Below are positions 53,734-56,654 of a stretch of 56,654 nucleotides of DNA, piece after piece (the stretch's first letter is position 1; every line of letters starts with the position of its first letter). Where the stretch lies: assembly GCA_015272195.1 (NCBI GenBank), contig JACYMC010000233.1:1-56654 (forward strand), read 5' to 3'. Under the pieces are notes generated by a model. It was not told where the DNA came from. It did not search any database and saw nothing but the letters and a program-made list of their open reading frames with translations. The translations under genes were made by a program, and so were the position numbers. The DNA is from Candidatus Sericytochromatia bacterium. Its GTDB lineage: Bacteria > Cyanobacteriota > Sericytochromatia > UBA7694.

Positions 53734-54903
53734 ATGTCCTCATCTCTTGTGCAGCCCCCTGAGCTGCCCCTCGACGAAATGACCGCCCTGCGCCGCAGCC
53801 TGCATATGGAGCCCGAAATGTCCGGCGAAGAGCGCGTGACGGCCACCATTCTGGAAAACTATCTGAACCTCTACCCGCCCGATCAGCTGATGAGTCACCT
53901 CGGCGGCTATGGTCTCGCGGCAATTTATCAGGGGGCGCAGACGGGCCCCACGGTGCTGATCCGCGCCGATATGGACGCCCTGCCAATCCACGAGCTGAAC
54001 GATGTGATGTACCGTTCAACCCGCGAAGGACTGGCCCATACCTGCGGCCATGACGGGCATATGGCCATTGTGGGCGGCCTGGCCCCTCTGCTGCACAGCC
54101 ACCGGCCCCGGCGGGGCCGGGCCGTGCTCCTGTTTCAGCCGGCAGAAGAAACCGGGGCCGGGGCGCAGGCCGTGCTGAACGATCCCCGCTTTGAAAGCCT
54201 GGACCCGGACTATTGTTTTGCGATACACAATCTGCCGGGCTTTGCCCTTGGCGAGGTGCTGGTGGCCCCGCAGATTTTTGCGGCCGCTTCGGTGGGCCTG
54301 ATGGTCGAGTTCAGCGGCCTGACGGCCCATGCAGCCTACCCGGAAACAGGCTGCAGCCCCGCGCGGGCCATGGCCGATCTGATTCAGGGCCTGCAGGCCC
54401 TGAACCCTGCCACCCCACCGGCACAGACCCGCGACTTCAGCCTGGTCACAGTGGTCAGCGCCAGTCTGGGCGAAGCCTCCTTTGGCATCAGTCCGGGAGC
54501 GGCCAATATTATGGCCACCCTGCGGGCCTTTGATGATAGCGTGCTGACAGCCTTAAAAACAAAAGCCCTCGCCCTGGCAGAGTCCCTGGCAGCCCGCGAC
54601 GGCCTGCGCTGCCATCTGCGCTGGGAAGACGCCTTTCCGGCCACGCACAACAATCCCGAAGCCAGCCAGTGGATCCGGCAGGCCGCTGAAGCGGCAGGCT
54701 ACCGGGTATCAGACCTGGACGAGCCCCTGCGCTGGTCTGAAGACTTTGGCTGGTTTACACGGCGCTGCCAGGGCGCCATGTTTGGTCTGGGTGCCGGCCC
54801 GGATCTGGCCCTGCACAACCCGCGCTATGACTTTCCCGAAGACCTGCTGGCACCCGGCGTCACCATTTTCTGGCGCCTGCTGCAGCGGCTGCTTTACGAA
54901 TAA
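53734..54903 (+). CDS. M20-family amidohydrolase
   Basis: RRSLHMEPEMSGEE, RADMDALP, HTCGHDGH, FQPAEETG, SEDF, LHNPRYDF. Confidence 0.93.
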   Translation: MSSSLVQPPELPLDEMTALRRSLHMEPEMSGEERVTATILENYLNLYPPDQLMSHLGGYGLAAIYQGAQTGPTVLIRADMDALPIHELNDVMYRSTREGLAHTCGHDGHMAIVGGLAPLLHSHRPRRGRAVLLFQPAEETGAGAQAVLNDPRFESLDPDYCFAIHNLPGFALGEVLVAPQIFAAASVGLMVEFSGLTAHAAYPETGCSPARAMADLIQGLQALNPATPPAQTRDFSLVTVVSASLGEASFGISPGAANIMATLRAFDDSVLTALKTKALALAESLAARDGLRCHLRWEDAFPATHNNPEASQWIRQAAEAAGYRVSDLDEPLRWSEDFGWFTRRCQGAMFGLGAGPDLALHNPRYDFPEDLLAPGVTIFWRLLQRLLYE

Positions 54904-54921
54904 CATCATAGAGGAAAACCC

Positions 54922-55986
54922 ATGCCCAAAGAAAGACACAAAGAACTGCTCTGGATAGCCGGAGAACCGATTGCACCCGGCGAAAGCTGCTCCCTGGAAG
55001 TCCCGGTGGGCTATCTCTACACCCAGCACGACATGGGCCTGAGCGTGCGCGTGATCCGGGGCAAAAAGCCGGGCCCCATCATGTTTGTGTCGGCTGCCAT
55101 TCACGGCGACGAGCTGGACGGCCTGGAAATCATCACCCGCTTGCTGCAGATCAAGGCACTCAAACAGCTGCGCGGCACCCTGATTCTGGTGCCGGTGGTC
55201 AACGTGTTTGGCTTCTTAAACCACAGCCGCTACCTGCCCGATCGCCGCGATCTGAACCGCTCCTTTCCGGGATCGGCGCATGGCTCCATGGCCGCACGGC
55301 TGGCCCAGACCTTTCTCAAAGAAATTGTTTCGCAGTGCACCCACGGCATTGACCTGCATACGGCAGCGATTCACCGGGGCAACCTGCCCCAGATCCGGGT
55401 GGACCTGCAGCAGCCGGGCATGGAGGCCCTGGCCCGCGCCTTTGGCGTGCCCGTGATTCTGGATTTTCCGACCATTCCAGGCTCGCTGCGGGCCACCACC
55501 CAGTCCCTGGGCATTCCGCTGCTGCTGTATGAGTGCGGCGAAGCCCTGCGTTTTAATGAAATGGCCATCCGGGCCGGCGTACGGGGCGTGGTTTCGGTCA
55601 TGCGGGCCCTGGGCATGCTGCCGACAGGGCGCGAAGCCAAAGAAAACCGCCAGCGGAACACGGTAATTGCCCGCTCCAGTCACTGGGTGCGGGCCCCGAT
55701 CAGCGGGGTGCTGCGCACCCGGCTCAAGCTCGGTCAACGCGTGCGCAAGGGTGAACAGCTGGGCTATATCGGCAATCCCTTTGGTGAAAACGCCCAGCCC
55801 GTGGTATCGCAGTATGATGGCCTGATTGTGGGGCTGAACTATCTGCCGCTGGTGGACGAAGGCAACGCCCTCTTTCATGTGGCCACCTTTGACGAAGAGG
55901 CGGGCACCATTCAGCAGTTGCTGGCCCGCTTCCATGAAGAGTTTGACGAAGAGCAGCAATCCTTTACAAAAATTAACACAAAATAA
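54922..55986 (+). CDS. Succinylglutamate desuccinylase/aspartoacylase (M14) family protein
   Basis: AAIHGDE, RYLPDRRDLNRSFPG, IDLHT, YECGEALRF; C-terminal lipoyl-like barrel. Confidence 0.92.
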   Translation: MPKERHKELLWIAGEPIAPGESCSLEVPVGYLYTQHDMGLSVRVIRGKKPGPIMFVSAAIHGDELDGLEIITRLLQIKALKQLRGTLILVPVVNVFGFLNHSRYLPDRRDLNRSFPGSAHGSMAARLAQTFLKEIVSQCTHGIDLHTAAIHRGNLPQIRVDLQQPGMEALARAFGVPVILDFPTIPGSLRATTQSLGIPLLLYECGEALRFNEMAIRAGVRGVVSVMRALGMLPTGREAKENRQRNTVIARSSHWVRAPISGVLRTRLKLGQRVRKGEQLGYIGNPFGENAQPVVSQYDGLIVGLNYLPLVDEGNALFHVATFDEEAGTIQQLLARFHEEFDEEQQSFTKINTK

Positions 55987-56096
55987 CAAAGCTTGACTTT
56001 TGCGGCCTGGTCACCAGCAGAAAAAACCCTGCCCGCCAGGTATCAAAGCCTGTTATAGCCTCATTTAAAATCCTCTAACCCGCATTTCTCATAAAG

Positions 56097-56125
56097 TTGA
56101 CTTTATATAAGGTATAGGGTATATT
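56097..56125 (+). promoter_or_regulatory. Sigma70-type promoter inside the IS end, antisense to the transposase
   Basis: TTGACT-17-TATATT. The left copy has GCGCGT at the -35 position. Confidence 0.6.
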
Positions 56126-56268
56126 TTGTGAGTTTGCTGAGCTCAGTAGCCTCTGAACAAGCCGTCTCACGCTTGATTCATTGTCTTTGTTCGTTCGCTG
56201 GGTGAAAGACGACAGGCCAAAGATAACCTGGTTTCAGGCGATTGAGATCTTGGTGAAGGGGCTCAGGC

Positions 56269-56652
56269 TCACGGTATTCGCAATCGCTTCAGAACCTGTC
56301 CCCACAGAGAACGAAAGGGGCACGCGCTCGCCAATTGACAGATCAGGTGCCCACCGACATGCAGGACGCGCGCCGCTACCTTCAACAGCTTGAGCCGAAT
56401 TGTTCCGGCCTGTGCTTTGGCGAGCTTTGTGCCCGTCAATCCGAGCCGGCGAATCGCTTGCATCAGAACATACGCCAGCCCTGAAAACCAGAGCCGAAGC
56501 TGGTTGGCCCGAAACAGATGCGCTGACGTTCGTCCCGCAGCGAGGTCGTGTTTCTGCTCTTTGATCCGGTTTTCCATGTCCCCGCGGGCACAGTAGACTT
56601 GCTCGTAAAGATCTCTGGGTGTTGTCTGCTCCAGTGTCAAAGAGGTTACTAC
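56269..56652 (-). CDS. IS1380-family DDE transposase, C-terminal fragment
   Basis: Translation identical to the left copy. Confidence 0.9.
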   Translation of the reverse strand, partial: VVTSLTLEQTTPRDLYEQVYCARGDMENRIKEQKHDLAAGRTSAHLFRANQLRLWFSGLAYVLMQAIRRLGLTGTKLAKAQAGTIRLKLLKVAARVLHVGGHLICQLASACPFRSLWGQVLKRLRIP

Positions 56653-56654
56653 AA

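Larger units (their letters stand above)
56079..56654 (-). mobile_element. IS1380-family insertion sequence, 3' part (truncated by window end)
   Basis: Inverted copy of 1-577; begins CCCGCATTTCTCATAAAG after CTAA. Confidence 0.9.

Noticed and set aside
1-56654. A 56-kb composite transposon or linear replicon with terminal inverted repeats
   Set aside because: The cargo is housekeeping-like (parC, aroB, recD, cheY), there are no replication or transfer genes, the left IS interrupts a gene, and identical break points indicate an assembly boundary.

Overview
A GC-rich, chromosomal-looking 56.7 kb segment, probably a whole contig. Both ends break at the same base inside two inward-pointing IS1380-family elements. 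About 40 CDSs lie between them: a divergent MarR-controlled RND efflux locus (TolC, MFP, RND) with two unusual accessory envelope proteins, Hanks kinase, RRM protein, MshEN-PilB-like ATPase, RecD, MFS, lipase, GT2, Get3/ArsA, SNF2+SWIM, a 1864-aa orphan, Tpx, cheY-fliO-aroB, a REC-GGDEF cyclase, a short ParC, patatin, an orphan N6-adenine MTase and two amidohydrolases. I found no rRNA, tRNA or CRISPR array. The gene mix (RRM, DUF3352-like, Get3 with crystallin-like tail, Bacillus-type CheY, plus outer-membrane proteins) suggests a flagellated diderm of the Terrabacteria, possibly a non-photosynthetic Cyanobacteriota relative; this is inference only. Best leads: (i) the RND system with a six-repeat Ig-like lipoprotein and a beta-barrel; (ii) a signal-less, pore-former-like protein coupled to a ribosome-independent trigger-factor paralog; (iii) the 1864-aa beta-rich protein behind a sigma28-like promoter; (iv) several intact but catalytically degenerate enzymes (PilB-like, serine recombinase-like, sphingomyelinase-like); (v) an antisense promoter found in only one IS copy. 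All product calls come from motif recognition by eye; no database search was run.
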